From the human T2T-CHM13v2.0 reference genome, Homo sapiens, in the NCBI RefSeq assembly GCF_009914755.1, contig NC_060928.1: a stretch of DNA of 64,000 nt; one strand, 5' to 3'. Made by a program: the position numbers and the translations under genes. The number at the start of each line of letters is the position of its first letter. Positions within the stretch are counted from its first letter, which is position 1. Under the pieces are notes generated by a model. That model was not told where the DNA came from. It did not search any database and saw nothing but the letters and a program-made list of their open reading frames with translations. Shown piece by piece: positions 1 to 20,112 of the stretch.

Positions 1-958
1 ATATCTCACTGGTGGCATACAGGATTTCCCTTGTATGTATGTCTTCTTTGTGGGAAAAACAAAACTAACCTTTTGCCTATTTTTGAATAGGTTATCATCA
101 TTATTGTTTTGCTTTGAATTGCAGAAGTTTCTTACACATTTTGGATATTAACTATCAGATATATGGCTTGCAAATATTTTTCTATTGTGTAGGATTTTTT
201 AAAATTTTGGTTTTTTCCTTTACTGTACAGAAGCTGTACACTTTGATGCAGTCCCACTCTTTTGTATTTTCTTCTGTTGCTGTGCTTTTGATGACATACC
301 AAATTGCCAAGACCAATATCAACAAGGTTTTTCCATATGTTTTGTTCAGGAGTTTTAAGCTTTTATGTCTTACATTTAAGTCTTTTATTTTGAGTTAATT
401 TTGGGGTATGGTATAAGAAAATTTTATTTATGGTATAGTCTAATTTTATTCTTTTGCTTGTGGATATCCAGTTTTTCTGGTACCATGTATTGACAAGACT
501 ATACTTTCTGCATTGTATATTATTGGTGGCCTTGTCAAAGATTAGTTGACCTTGTATGCATGGATATGTTTCTGGGCTCCCTATTCTGTTGCATTGGTTT
601 TTGTATCTGTTTTTATGCACATACTATACTCTTTTGATTACCATGACCTTTAAGTAAAGTTTGAAATTAGAAAGTATGATGTCCCCAGCTTTGTTCTTTC
701 TCAAGATTGCTCAGGTTATTTTAAGTTATTTAAGATAACACTTAAATTTTACAATTGTGTTTTCTATTACTGTGAAAAATGCCACTCAAATTTTGATAGG
801 GATGACATTGAATCTCCATATCACTTTGGATAATATTCCTTGACAATATTAGTTATCCTAATGGAATATGTTTTCATTTATTTTTACCTACTTCAATTTC
901 TGTCATCAATATCTTAACTGTGTTAGTGTATACATTTTTATCTCATCCTTTACATTTT
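1..958 (-). mobile_element. Old L1 (L1M-type) ORF2 3' fragment
   Basis: ORF 363-620(-) reads RIGSPE..GQLIFDKATNNIQ..NWIS..RIKLD, the L1 ORF2 C-terminal motif. Confidence 0.85.
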
Positions 959-959
959 A

Positions 960-1190
<231 letters not shown>

Positions 1191-1431
1191 TGACCCAGCT
1201 ATGACCTTTCTTCTCAGCAACCCCAGAGGTAATCTTATCAGCCTGGGGACCCAATAAAAGGAGATCTTTACTTGCCAAAGATAGTTTTTTTTAGTGGAGA
1301 TGGGGTTTTGCCATAGTTTATAGAAACTGTTAAGAGTTGTTAGATCCTTCAAATATACAGACATGGGGCTGTTTCAGGGACCAAAGCTGAGGCCAAGATC
1401 CACAAGCATGCCTCCAGGGCCACAGCTTCTA

Positions 1432-1901
1432 CCTTAACATATTACTGAAAGTTTGTATCAGAACAATTAGACAAGGAAAATAACAAAGCTTTCCAGCTTG
1501 GAATAAAAGTAAAAATGTTACTGTTTGTAGATAATATAATTATGCGTATATACAAAACCCTAGAGTGAAACAACAAAAACTGAACTAATAAATGCATTCA
1601 TTAAGGTATCAGGATACATGACCAACATAAAAATACTTGTGGGGTTTTTTTGTTTGTTTGAGATAGGGTCTCACTCTGTTGCCCAGGCTCATGTCAAACT
1701 CCTGTGCTCAAGTGATCCACCTTCCTTGGCCTCTAGCCTCTGAAAGTGTGCAGGGACTACAGAAATGAGGCACTGCACCTGACCCTACATACAAATATTT
1801 GTTGCATTTCCATATAGTAACAACAAACTTTCCAAAAAAGAGAGAAAGTTTCCAATTGCAATAGTATAAAAATAAGGAACTTAATCAAAATAAATGTAAA
1901 G
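1432..1901 (+). mobile_element. L1 ORF2 (reverse transcriptase region) fragment in sense orientation, with a nested Alu fragment at ~1652-1785
   Basis: Degenerate RT-domain sequence (ctgtttgtagataatataatt, the LFADDMI region), opposite in orientation to the adjacent L1. Confidence 0.7.
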
Positions 1902-2977
1902 TGACCGAGCATAGTGACTCACACCTGTAATGCCAGCACATTGGGATGCCAAGGTGGGGAGATCACTTGAGGCCAGGAGTTCCAGACTAGCCTGGCCATT
2001 GTGTCACAAGGGTGCTGCTAGGTCTGTTGTTTAAATGGCATATAGCAGCATTGTTTCATTTAAAGATGCAGTTTTCAAGAACCTATTTTGAACATTAAGT
2101 GAGAACTTACCATACATCTGTGTTTGAGTGATATGGGGTCTGCCTTTGATGGTTGTATTACCAGAGATTTGGACAGTCATGGATTCTTTCTGGGCCATGG
2201 AAAGATTAAATATCCTTGAGGACATTAATCTATATGGCAGGCAGTAGGGTAGGGTTTTACAGTTTGTCTGCATATGATGGCCCAAATACCATGTGTATGA
2301 ATGGGATTGGCTTCTACTAACTACCTGGGAACAGGTTTCACAAGTCTCCATGTGGGTCCCTGAGTGTGTACAACTGGCCATGGACTGTGGCTGTGAGAGC
2401 TAGAACTGAGTCACAGGGCTGCTTCAAGGAGCACAGTTGAGGCCAAGATCTGCAGGCCTGCCTCCAGGGCCATGGCTGGGTGTGTTTCCCTGCAGGTCAC
2501 TTGATGGGAAGGACCACTTTTGGACTATAGCTGAAGGAGTTTGAGAGAGGTTGCAGAACTGCTTTGTAATCTTCAGTAAGACCAAGCTCGGTGCCCCATT
2601 TCCTTGTCTGTAGCCATGTCTGTGGGCCCTTGAGTTGGCCACCTGGGTGAGGGCCTGCTTTTCCCAAATAACCCTTTTTGATCTTTGGCACCACTGAGGT
2701 TTCACAACCCTAACCATAGGCAAGCACCTTTCTACTTCCGTTTTCCAGGAGTTTACTATTTAAAATATCTTATATACGTGGAATCATACACTGTCACTTT
2801 GTTGGTGTCTTATCTCACTTAAAATAATGGCTTTAAGATTTATCCTTATTGTAGCATCTGACAAGATATTTTCATTTGATGCTAAAGAATATTTCATTGT
2901 ATGTATAAGCCACATCTTTTTAAATCATTCATCTATTGAAGGGTGTTTGAGTTTTTTCACTTTTTGGCTTTTGTAAG

Positions 2978-3397
2978 TGATATAGTTTGGATCTGGGTCC
3001 CCATTCAAATCTCATGTCAAGTTGCAGTCCCTAGTGTTGGAGGTGGGCCTGGTGGGAGGTGATGGGATCGTAGGGTTGGCTTCTCACGAATGGTTTAGCA
3101 GCAGCCCCTTTGGTACTGTCTTTGCCATAGTGAGTGACTTCTTCTGAGATCTCATTTTTCAAAAGCATGTGGCACCTTCCCTCTCGTGCTCTCTTGTTCC
3201 TGCTCCCACCATGTGAGATGACTCTCTGTCCCTTGTCTTTCTGCCATGACTGGAAGCTTTTCAAGGCCTCCCCTAAAGCAGAAGCTGCTATGCTTGCCGT
3301 ACAGCCTGCAGAACCATAAGCCAATTAAACCTCTTTTTAAAATAAATTACCAAGTCTCAGGAATTTTCTTATAGCACTGCAAGAATAAACTAATACA
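2978..3397 (+). mobile_element. MaLR solo LTR (MST-type)
   Basis: Ends tgatatagtttgg...ctaataca; ccaattaaacctcttt motif. Confidence 0.85.
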
Positions 3398-5319
3398 GTG
3401 AATATGGATGTGCAAATACTTCTTTCAGGTATACATTGCATACTTTAAATAGATGCTCAGAAGTGGAATTACTGGGTCATACAGTAACTTTATTTTTAAT
3501 TTTTGGAGGAACCTCCATACATTTTTCAGGTGGCTGCATCACGTTTTTCCCACCAACAGTGTACAAGGGTTTCAATTTCTCTACATTGTTGACAATATAT
3601 ATTATTTTTTGTTTGCTTGATATTGGCCATCTTAATACACAGTAATACCTCATTGTGGTTTTTCTTTACATTTTTCTAAAGATTAGAATTTTTTTTCAAT
3701 AATTGTGTATTTCATCTTTGGAGAAACATTTTCATCTCTTGTCTATTAGTCATGTAACTTTTTGGTTTTTTTTTGGAGTTGTTCTGGATGTTATCTTCTG
3801 TCAAATATATGTATATTTTGGCTTTTCTGCTGCTTAGGTGGGACTCTTACTAAAACTTTAATGTGGAGAGATAAATTTAATGTAGTCCTACTTTTCTGTG
3901 CTTTTGAATTTTTTGCTCATGTGTTTGATGTTACATGCAAGAAAACATTGCTGGGATCAATGTCATAATCTTCTTATATTTTCTTCTAAAGATTGTATAA
4001 TTATAATTCTTACATTTAAATATTTAACTCATTCAAGACAGTTTTTGTATATGGTTCAGGGGAAGGATCCAACCTCAGTTTTTTCATATGGATATAGAGT
4101 TTTCCAACACCATCTGTTGAAGAGACTGTCTTTCTCTTATTGTGTGGTTATAGCAACCTTGTTGAAGATCATTTGAACATATACACAGTGGTTTGTTTTT
4201 GAGTTCTGTGTTCTGTTCCATCATCTATTTGTCTTCTTGCAAGTACCACACTGTTTTTATTTAGCTTTGTTATCTGTTCTAAAAACAGGAAACGTTGTGC
4301 ATGTAACTTTGTTCTTGTTTTCTAAGAATGTTTGGGCTATCAGTGGTCCTTTGAAATTCCATGTAAAAGTTAAGAATTGTAAAAAATACTTTTTCACAAA
4401 GTATTATTTTTATTTTCATTAGGCTTACGTTGAATTTGAATATCACTGTGTAGTATGGTCATTTAACAATATCAAATCAACTGACACAGATAAGAATATG
4501 TTCAAGAGTGTGTTGAGTTTCACAGGTTTTTGGATTTGGCAATTTTGCTTCTGCTTTTGATTTCCAGTTTTATTACAGGTGGTATGAAAGGATGTGTTGT
4601 ATAATTCAGTGTTGTATGATGAGAACTACGCTCAATACTTTGATGACCAAATAATCTGTACAACAAACCTCCATGACAGAAGTTTGCCAGTATAAGAAAC
4701 CTGCACATATACTCTGATCTTAAAGTTTAAAAAAAAAGGGTGGGGGGGTTGTTTTGCATTCTAACAGGTTGTCCATGAAACAACAGTTACTCATTTTCTT
4801 CTCCACTTAACCCCGACACAGTTTAGTCTTCTTTCTGTTTCTATGAGTTTAACTACTTTAGGTATCTTACATAAGTGGAATTATATCGTTTCTGTCCTTT
4901 TGTGCCTGGGCTTCTTCCACATAAATAAAGCCTTAAAAATGTATCCTTATTGTGGATTTAACAAAATTTTCTGCTTTTAAGAAGCTGAGTAATATTTAAT
5001 TATTTATATATTTGAAATTGTCTTTATTCATTTATTTATTAAGAAAAGTTCTTTTCACTTACTTGCTTTTGTAGATAATGCTACCGTGAATATGGATGTG
5101 TAAATTACTCTTCATTTGATAATATATGCAAGGGACTATTTGTGTTCTTTATTCTGTTTCACTGGTATTTTAAAATTGAGTTATAAAGTATTTCAATTAC
5201 TATAACTTTATAATAGGTGTTTAAAATCAGGAGGTATGGTGCTTATGATGTTGTTTCTCTTTTTGACAGTTGTTCAGCACTTCTGGTCTCTTCAGTTCTG
5301 ATATGATTTTAGGATTGCT

Positions 5320-5592
<273 letters not shown>

Positions 5593-6029
5593 TCAGGATT
5601 GCGTCTTATGTTAATGCGAAATATGCATAGCTGTCATCCGAAGTATACCACCATTCCCTTCAGCACTCTACGTCAGAGGAGGCACGTCAGGGGAGACAAA
5701 ATTCCTCTTCGGACAGTCCCTCAAAAGACAGGAATGTGGACATATATTCCACATTTCTCTTTGTCTCCTGAGGAAGAAGCATAGAGTTGGGAGTTTCTCC
5801 TGGATTGCACCATGCTGTATTGGGAGGAGGTCACGCTGCACTGGGCATATCTAATAAGCTTTTTCTTCTCTTCTACATGTTTTTGGCATTGTGCTCAACT
5901 GAAGTAGTACAAATTCTTAACTATGTTCAGGAATTCTCACAAAGGCAATGTGATCAGCGTGGTGTTAAGTTCATATATCTATGAAGAAACGAGGACCAGT
6001 GGTGTTTGTTTTTACGCTTTTCATTTTAA

Positions 6030-8820
<2,791 letters not shown>

Positions 8821-11049
8821 TTTTGTGCCTCTTCTTTTGTCTTCTTCAGGTGCAGACACCTTATCAGAATGCCCTTGGGTTTAGGTTCCCAATTTCACAA
8901 GGTAATTCATCCTCATACATCCTATTGTCTTTTCCTGGTCCTAGGTTTCAGAACTGTCTGGGAAGACCACAGATGCCTATGGTGGCCATGTCTCTTGGAA
9001 TGTCTAGGGAATGACAGCTACTGCATCACATCCTCATGGTGGGCAGCCTGAGGTATAGGGTAGAGCCTCACGGGAGCAGCTGAGTGCCCTGATGCTAAAG
9101 CACCCTTCTTGTTTACTTTTCATCCAAAACACCAAATCCTTATGGCATTAAGATTTTCTTTCTCCAAATCCAGTTTCCATGTTTTAGAGACACATTGCTG
9201 GTCAGCCAATGGAAAGCTGATATTGATGGGAAAGGCAGAAATAATTCCTACCATCTGGATTTTTTCAGAATTGTGGAAGGGGAAAAAAGTATCCCCAACA
9301 ACATTGAATGTTCATTCTAGCAAGGTGATACAAGGACCTGCAAAAAAAAAATGTACTCCAGGCACACAGAGGCACACAGTGCAGAGGCCCTTGGGAGGGT
9401 GGTCATTGAGTATTTCAATGAGCAGGATGGGGGTGGGAGGATCTATATCATAGGATGGCCTAACTTGCCACTTGAGTCAGACATACCATTCCGGCCAGTA
9501 CTGCCACTCCCTGGGTTTGTCATCTTGAAAAGATTGTTTACTTATTTCAGCTTTCATTTTTATTAACTGCACAATGCATTCTATTGGTAGAGCTTGAAAA
9601 ATAGAAAAATATTCTCAAAGAGGCATACAAATGTGAATTTTAAAAAAATCTAGTGATGTATTTCATTTGTTAAAAATTCTTATTTTCATTTTTTTTTTCC
9701 CTGAGCAAGGGTAGTAAGTTTCTGAAATCTGTACATTTTGGGAGCTATTTCACACAGAATCTCAGGGCTTAGTTATAAAAATATTACTGGGTGAAAAGAA
9801 ATAGGAAAAATTTTCTTCTTTTATGGCTGCAGAAAAGTGAGTACATTTCCACAAGAAATCGTGGTAGATACATTGGTGGTTTATAGAGATTTGCCAAAAC
9901 ATCAGTTTCTTTTTTCTGCATGGTGGAGAATTTGCAATAGTTGATAAGTCTACTCTGTTATCCTGTTATCTGCATATTTGAGTTTAATGTTAAATTCTAT
10001 GGACTAGGACTTGACATTCCTGGAAGTGCTCATAAATGATTGCTTAATTATTTGTTATTATGGAAATAATACCTAAATGACATTTGCTGTCTGAAATGGA
10101 TATTTTGGCTTTTCTTGTTGAAGTATGAAATGTAAGTGCCTTCCAATTTCCATTTCTCCTGTGAACATAAGTGCTGAGTTTGAGGAATTCTGCTGGATTC
10201 TTCAAACACTGAGTTCCTTTTGTATAAAATGAAGGGAATAACCTTGACTGGGAATCAGACCTAAGCCCATTAACTGCAGGGTAAGGCCAATCTTGACACT
10301 GTCAAAGGATGTAATCAGTAGCCCAGTTGTTACTTACTGGGGAACCTTTCCTGCAGGTGTACCAGCCTGGCTCAAATTAGACATGAAAGGAGCCTTTACA
10401 CTGAGAAGGTACAGAACTCTGGAAAGCTGAGGATCCACAGGCAGATGCAGTGAGAGTTGGGATGGGAGGTTGTTTGCGATGTCCTCTGAGAGGGTGTAAT
10501 TGTTACTGTCATGGGGCTCTTCCTAGATATTGTCAAATAAATTCCAATGAGGTAAGAAGTGACTTTATTCTGAGGAATATTGCATTGGGGAAAGCACCAA
10601 GCATAAGACCTGCAAGCATCTCCAAAATGAGGCAGAAAAGGGCTATTTGTCATACGGAGGAGCAAACAAGATTAGAAAGTAGGTGTGAGGGAGAGAGCAG
10701 AATGGAGAATGGCAAAATCAGATTCAGGATTGGAGAATGTTTCACCCTGACGTCAACCTGTTCTTGGGAGGGACATGAAGAGGGGTTGTATGCTATCTCA
10801 GACTGAAGGTGGAGCAGAGTCCAGGGGCCTGGGTAAAGGAGAGAAACTTAAGCAAAGTTTGGTTAACAAGTATTCTGTTCTGAACACTGAAGACAAAATT
10901 ATTTGTTTATGAGGGAAAAATGAGAATTTAGAATCGGTGAATTTGAGATATCTAAAGAGGGAGCATCATCAAAGTCAATGAAAAGGTGATTTATTAGCAG
11001 TAAGCTTTTTTGATAGGGCACAAAGGATTGGAGAGACCATAGTTATAAC

Positions 11050-11445
11050 TACCAAGATTCACTAACCCACCTCCTCTTTTCCCGCACTTTCTTTTGTCCT
11101 ATATATTTTTTCCCTTTGGCTTTTACTGAATTGTATCCAATATTAGTAATCTGGTAAACATAGGTAAAGTTTTTTCATTAAGTTCTGTGAGTAGTTTTAT
11201 CAAATCCTTTAACTTGAGGGAGGGAGTTCTGGAAGCCCATGATTTATAGACAGTTGCTCTGAAGTATAGATGGGTCCTTGGGGCTTGTGACTGGCATGTG
11301 GAGGGAAGCAATATTGTGGAACTGAGCCCTGAGACGGTGGGGTCTGTGCTGACCGTGGTGTTGTCAGAATTGAGTTGTTGGACACCCAGTTGGTGATAGA
11401 AGTTTGGTTGGTGTTCAGCAAACTCCATATATTTGGTGTTAGAAT
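11050..11445 (+). mobile_element. MER21-like LTR fragment
   Basis: Motifs agttctgtgagtagtt...gtcagaattgagttg...ggacacccagttggtg. Confidence 0.6.
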
Positions 11446-11904
11446 AAAGATATCAGACCAGGTGCGGTGGCTCACACCTGTAATCCTAATACTTTGGGAG
11501 GCCACAGAGGGCAGATCACTTGAGCTCAGGGGTTCGACACCAGCCTGGGCAGTATGGTGAAATCTTATGTCTACCAAAAATAAAAAAAAATTAGCTTGGC
11601 AAGGTGGTGCATACCTGTAGTCCCAGCTGGGGCTGAGGCAAGAGGATCACTTGAAGGCTGGGATGTTGAGGCTCTCCAGATTTATGATGTATCCTGGAGA
11701 ATGTTCCATGTGTGTTTGAGAAGAATATAAGTTATACTGTTGGGTGAAATGTTACCTATATATGTCTTTTAGGTATAGTTCTTTAGTGCTATGCAAGTAC
11801 ATTGTTTTCTGTCTGAATGATGTGTTGTATTAAGTAGGGCAATAAAGTTCCCTAGTATTATCATATTTGTCTGTTTTTCTACATCTGTTAATATATGTTC
11901 ATAT

Positions 11905-12351
11905 TTTTGAGACAGGTCTCAGTTAATTTAGAAAGTTTATTTTGCCAAGGTTGAGGACACACATCTGTGGCAGGAAGTCCTGGAGACATGTGCCCCAGGT
12001 GGTCGGGGAACAACTTAATTTTATACATTTTAAGGAGACATAAGACAGCAATCGATATATGTAAGAAGTACATTGATTCGGTCTGGAAAGGTGGGACAAC
12101 TTGAAGCAAAGATGGGAAGACTGGAAGTGAGGAGGGGGCTTCCAGGTCATAGGTAGATAAGAGACAAATGATTGCATTCTTTTGAGTTTCTGATTAGCCT
12201 CTCCAAAGGAGGCAATCAGATTCACATCTGTGTCAGTGGCGGAGAGGTGACTGAATAGAATGGGAGGCAGGTTGGCACTAAGCAATTCCCAGCTTGACTT
12301 TTCCCTTTAGCTTAGTGATTTGGAGGCCCCAAAATTTATTTTCCTTTTACA
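11905..12351 (-). mobile_element. MER4A1-like ERV1 solo LTR
   Basis: Reverse complement starts tgtaaaaggaaaataaatttt...cactaagctaaagggaaaagtcaagctggg; same family as 48447-48904. Confidence 0.8.
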
Positions 12352-12644
12352 GTATATTTATGTGCTTCTATATTGGGTATGTATATATTTTTATTTGTTA
12401 TATTATTTTGACAAATTAGCCTTTTATTACCATATAGTGAAGATCTTTTTTTCATGACAGATTTTTTTTTTCCTAGAAATCTCTTTTGTCTGATACGGCC
12501 ACTGCTACACTCTTTTAGTGATTATTGACATGGAATATTCTTTTTCATCCTTGGACTATTAACGTATGTGTGTCCTTAACTCTAAGTCTCTTGTGTGCAG
12601 CATATGGTTGATTTTATAAATCTATTCAAACATTTTGTGAATGC

Positions 12645-13005
12645 TTTATTTTTTGCTTCAATAACAATATCCTAGAGTTGGTAATTTATAAAGAATAAAA
12701 GTTTGCTTAGCGCACAATCCTGGATGCCAGGAAGTCCAAGAGCATGCCATTCCCATCTGATGAGAATCATACTTCCACATCACAACATGACTGAAGGCTT
12801 GAGGATGACAGAAGGTGTACACCAGAGCTCACTTTTATAATAGACCCACTCTCATCATGACTAACCCACTGTTGAAATACTGATACTAATCCTTTCGTGA
12901 GAGTAGAGCTGTCATGACCTAATAACTTAAGGGTCTCACTTAATTTTCTCACAATGGCAGTTAAATTTTAACATGAATTTTGGAGAGGACTCTCAAACCA
13001 TAGCA
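12645..13005 (-). mobile_element. MaLR LTR (MSTD/MLT1A-like)
   Basis: ggtaatttataaagaa...tcaaaccatagca ends. Confidence 0.65.
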
Positions 13006-13739
13006 ATGTGTTTTCATTGGATAACTAAATCTTTATATATTTTTAAAAGAATTACTGATTGGTAAGAACTTATTACTGCCATTTTGTTCATTGTTTTCTG
13101 ACCATTTAGTAGTTTCTGTTTTGTAATTCTTACATGCTGTCTTCCCTTGTGTTTTCTTGAGTTCTGTTTTGTTTTTGTTAGATGCTTTCATTCTTTTTCT
13201 TTTGTATGTATCTACTACAGATTTTTGGGGGGTTTTTTGGTTGTTTTTTTTTTTTTAGAATTTCCAAGAGACTTACATAAAACATCTCACAGTTATAAAA
13301 TCTAGTTTAAGATAACAATTTAACTTTCTGTTTTATACAGATAGGGTCTTGCTTTCTAACCCAGGCTGTAGTGCAATGGTGCATTCACAGCTCAGTGCAG
13401 CCTTGACCTCCCCAGGCTCAAGCAATTCTCCAGTCGCAGCCTCCTGAGTAGCTAGGATTACAAGTACATGCCACCATGTCCGGCTAATTTTGTCAGTATT
13501 TTTTGTAGAGATAGGGTTTTGCCATGTTGCTCAGGCTGCTCTTGAACTTCTAGGCTCAAACAATTCACCTGCTTTGGCTTCCCAAAGTGCTAGGATTATC
13601 AGCATAAGCCATCAGACCCAGCCACTTGTTTTAAGTAAATAGCTTTCTGAGATCCGTATTTTATTTTATGTATTTATTTTAGAGACACGGTCCTGCTATA
13701 TTGAGCAGGCTGGTTTTGACCTCCTGGCCTCAAGCAAAA

Positions 13740-15735
<1,996 letters not shown>

Positions 15736-16141
15736 CTTTTGTTTTAATCTTTCTGTTTGCCTGGTAATTTTAAACTCTGTACCTTTTATGACCCTGTGGT
15801 ATTTAATTCAAATAAAAATCATTGGGTTTCACTTTGAGCAAATTAAAATGTACATATAAATCAGATATTTCTATTGCCTATAAAAGTTATCTGTGTGGTA
15901 TTTGCATGTATAAATATTGCCCCTACTTTGTTCGTAAATTATTTATTCACTTGAGTGGTCACCAGTGTTTTCTTGTGTACGTGAGTAATCAAAGAAACTG
16001 TAAAATTGCCACCTATTCGATTATATGTTCTGTGAGAGAAACAGTTTTGTTATTTGAAGGTGATTTTTGAAAAATGAAACCTTTTTAGGTAGATGTAAAT
16101 ATCTAATTGTGATTAAAAACTTAAAATTGCTAACTTAAACA

Positions 16142-16421
16142 TTTTCTTTCTTTCTTTCTTTTTTGAGACAGAGTTTTGCTCTTGTTGCCCAAGCTGGAGT
16201 GCAGTGGTGCGATCTCAGCTTACCGCAGCCTCCTGCATCAGCCTCCTGAGTAGCTGGGATTACAGGAATGCACCACCATGCCCGGCTAATTTTGTATTTT
16301 CAGTAGAGACATGGTTTCTCCAAGTTGGTCAGGCTGGTCTTGAACTCCTGACCTCAGGTAATCCACTCGCCTCGGCCTCCGAAAGTGCTGGGATTACAGG
16401 CATGGGCCACCACCCCCGGCC
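16142..16421 (-). mobile_element. AluS-like element
   Basis: Alu consensus match with a small internal deletion. Confidence 0.85.
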
Positions 16422-17412
16422 AACATTTTCAAGTATACGGTCCAGTGGTGTTAAGTACATTTACTTTATTTTGCAATGGATCTCTAGATTAATTTTACCT
16501 TACAAAAGTAAAATTTAATACCTTATAAACAATAAGTTGCCCTTTTTTTCTCTTCAGCTCCTGAAGAACACCATTTTACTTACTCTTTCTATAATTTTAT
16601 AATTCTTCTCAGTGTAATTATATAATGTCTGTTTCTGTTTGACTCTCATTTTATTTAAGGTAATGTTCTCAGGCTTTGTTTTGTAAGATGTGTCAGAATA
16701 TCCTTCTGTTTTAAAATGAAATAATATGTAATTGTATGTATATGTCACATTTTTAAAATCTGATACTGATCTCTAAAGGGACATTTGTGCTGTTTCCAGG
16801 AATTGTCTTTTGTAAATAACAATGAATGAACATGCATGTGTAAATATCTATTTGAAGTCCTGCTTTATCATGTGGGTAATTAATATTTCTAGCACTATTT
16901 ATTGAAAAGACTGTCTTTTTCCAGCTGTGTGTTCTGGACATCTTTGTTAAAAATCACTTGGCTGTAGGCTCATGAATTTGTTACTGGGCTCACTGGATAC
17001 TTTGATCTCTTTGTCTGTTTTTATGCCAATATTTTGCTGTTTTGCTTATTATAGCTTTATAGTATATTTTCGAATCAGGTAGTGCAGTATCTCCAGCTTT
17101 GTTGTTTTTTTTTTTTTTCTTTTCTTTTGCTCAGGATTACTTTGGGTATTTGGGGGTCTTTGGTTGTTCCCTATAAATTTTAAGCTAGTTTTTTTTTTCA
17201 TTTCTTTGAAAAAAGTCATTGGTATTTTGATAGAGATTTCATTGATCCTGTAGTGTAACCACTTTTTAAATATTATTTCAATTCATAAGCAAAAAAATGT
17301 TTTTCAAATTTTCATGTCTTTTTCAGTTTCTTGCCAATGTTTTATAATTTTCAGTTTAGAATGTTCACCTTTTTAATTGTTTGCTGCTAGACATCTTTAT
17401 TTTTTAGTGTGA

Positions 17413-17766
<354 letters not shown>

Positions 17767-17894
17767 TAAAAAACTCAACAAATTAGATATAGATGGTATA
17801 TACCTCAACACAATAAAGGCCATATATGACAAGTCAATGGCTGATATCATACTGGACAGGAAAGAGAAAATTTTATTTTTCATTTTTTTATTTT

Positions 17895-18261
17895 TGTCAT
17901 GCGCATCCGTGTGAAAAGACCACCAAACGGGCTTTGTGTGAGCAGTAAAGCTTTTTAATCACCTGGGTGCAGACGAGCTGAGTCCAAAAAAGAGAGTCAG
18001 CGAAGGGAGATAGGGGTGGGGCAGTTTTATAGGATTTGGGTAGGTAATGGAAAATTACAGTCAAAGGGGTTGTTCTCTGGCAGGCAGGGACAGGGGTCAC
18101 AAGGTGCTCAGTTGGGGAGCTTCTGAGCCAGGAGAAGGAATTTCACAAGGTAATGTCATCAGTTAAGGCAGGAAGCAGCCATTTTCACTTCTTTTGTGGT
18201 TCTTCAGTTGCCTCAGGCCATCTGGATGTACACGTGCAGGCTTGGGCTCAGAGGCCTGACA
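17895..18261 (-). mobile_element. LTR7-family (HERV-H) solo LTR inserted in the tail of an L1PA 3' fragment (~17870-18610)
   Basis: Minus strand runs tgtcaggcctctgagcccaagc...cctataaaactgccccaccc...gcgcatgaca; flanks atttt/attta. Confidence 0.88.
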
Positions 18262-19802
18262 ATTTAAGTTCTGGGATACATGTGCAGAATGTGCAGGTTT
18301 GTTACATAAGTATACATGCGCCATGGTGGTTTGCTGCACCTATCAACCCATCATCTAGGTTTTAAGCCCCGCACTCATTAGGTATTTGTCCTAATGCTCT
18401 CCCTCCTATTGCCCCCCACCCCCTCTGACAGGCCCCGGTGTGTGATGTTCCTTCCCTGTGTCCATGTGTTCTCATTGTTCAACTCCCACTTATGAATGAG
18501 AACATGTGGTGTTTGGTTTTCTGTTCCTGTGTTTGTTTGCTGAGAATGATGGTTTCCAGCTTCATGCATGTCCCTGCAAAGGACGTGAACTCATTCTTTT
18601 TTATGGCTGCAAGAGCAGAAAACTTAGGATGTTTTCATTTTACATTATAATTGTGTACTACAATATTTCACTGTGTACACTAAGTATGGGGCACAAATCA
18701 AATATAGGTCAGTGATGTGTATTTCCAATATAAGAGTCTCTGTTTATCTGTATGCATATTGTTCCTTATTGTTTATAAGTTGTATACTTGTTCTGTTTGT
18801 ATACAATGGTGATTTTACCCTGCCTAGGTGAGTAGTCATTGAAATTCTTCTGATTTTACCCTCCATTTATTTATAAATCTATGTTTTTCTATGTGTGGGA
18901 GACACACTTTTGTGATTTGAAGATAATTTCAAAAACCGTCTTACCACTGTATCTGTTTTAGATATTATTTTTGATTGTCAACACATAAACTTTACAATCT
19001 TAAATATTTTTAAATATTCAGCTTAGTCATATTAATTATATTGACATTGTTACTCACTGTATCTCTAGCATATGTTTATCTTGCAAAGCTAACACTCAGT
19101 ACACATTAAACAACTGACTACCTTTTCTGTTTTCTGGCCCTTTACAAAAACAATTCTGTTTTCTGTTTTAGAGTCAAACTGCTTTAGATATCTCATGTGA
19201 GTTGATTCATACAGTTTCTCTTCATGGTTGACTTACTTCATGTTGCACAATGTCATCAAGATTTATCTTTATTATACTTGTGATATTTTTTGCTTTTTAC
19301 AAGGTGGAGTAATATTTTAATATTTTTAATTTATTCATTTATTTGGTGAGAAATTTGCATTGCTTTCATTTATTTGCTTTCACTAACAATGCTACAATAA
19401 TTATGAGTGTAGAAATTACTCTTCATCTGACCATATGTGTAAGAGTGTGTATTTTTCCTGGATTTTATTTTATTGATCTAGCTGTTCACCTGTATACCCA
19501 TACTAAATTTTTTAAGTTCTTTAGCTTTGTATATGTTTTGATATCATGAGCTGTGGTGCTTCCAACATGTTTCTCTTTTTGAAGATTGTGGGGTGCTTCA
19601 TTGTCCCTTGAAATTCCCTATAATTTGGGGGTTGCTATTTCTATTTCTGCAAAAATTTAATTAAAAATGTGACAGAGATTGCATTTAATCTGTAGATTAC
19701 ATCGAACAGTCCAGATATCTTCATATTTGAAACTTTGAACAAGAGCATGCTAAAGTTTGTGTTGTTTAATTTCTACAAAAGTCCATTTTTTTGGTTTGTG
19801 GT

Positions 19803-20112
19803 TTTTTTTTTTTTTTTTTTTTTTTTTTTGAGATGGAGTTTCACTCTTGTTGCCCAAGCTGGAGTGCAACAGCGTGATCTCAGCTCACCACAACCCTCTG
19901 CCTCCCAGGTTCAAGCGATTCTCCTGCCTCAGCCTGTCGAGTAGCTGGGATTACAGGCATGCACCACCACACCTGGCTAATTTTGTAATTTTGGTAGAGA
20001 TGGGGTTTCTCCATGTTGGTCAGGCTGGTCTCGAACTAATGACCTCAAGTGATCTGCTTGCCTTGGCCTCCCAAAGTGCTTGGATTACAGGCATGAGCCA
20101 CTGCACCCAGCC
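19803..20112 (-). mobile_element. AluS-like element
   Basis: Full-length Alu with a long T tail. Confidence 0.9.
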
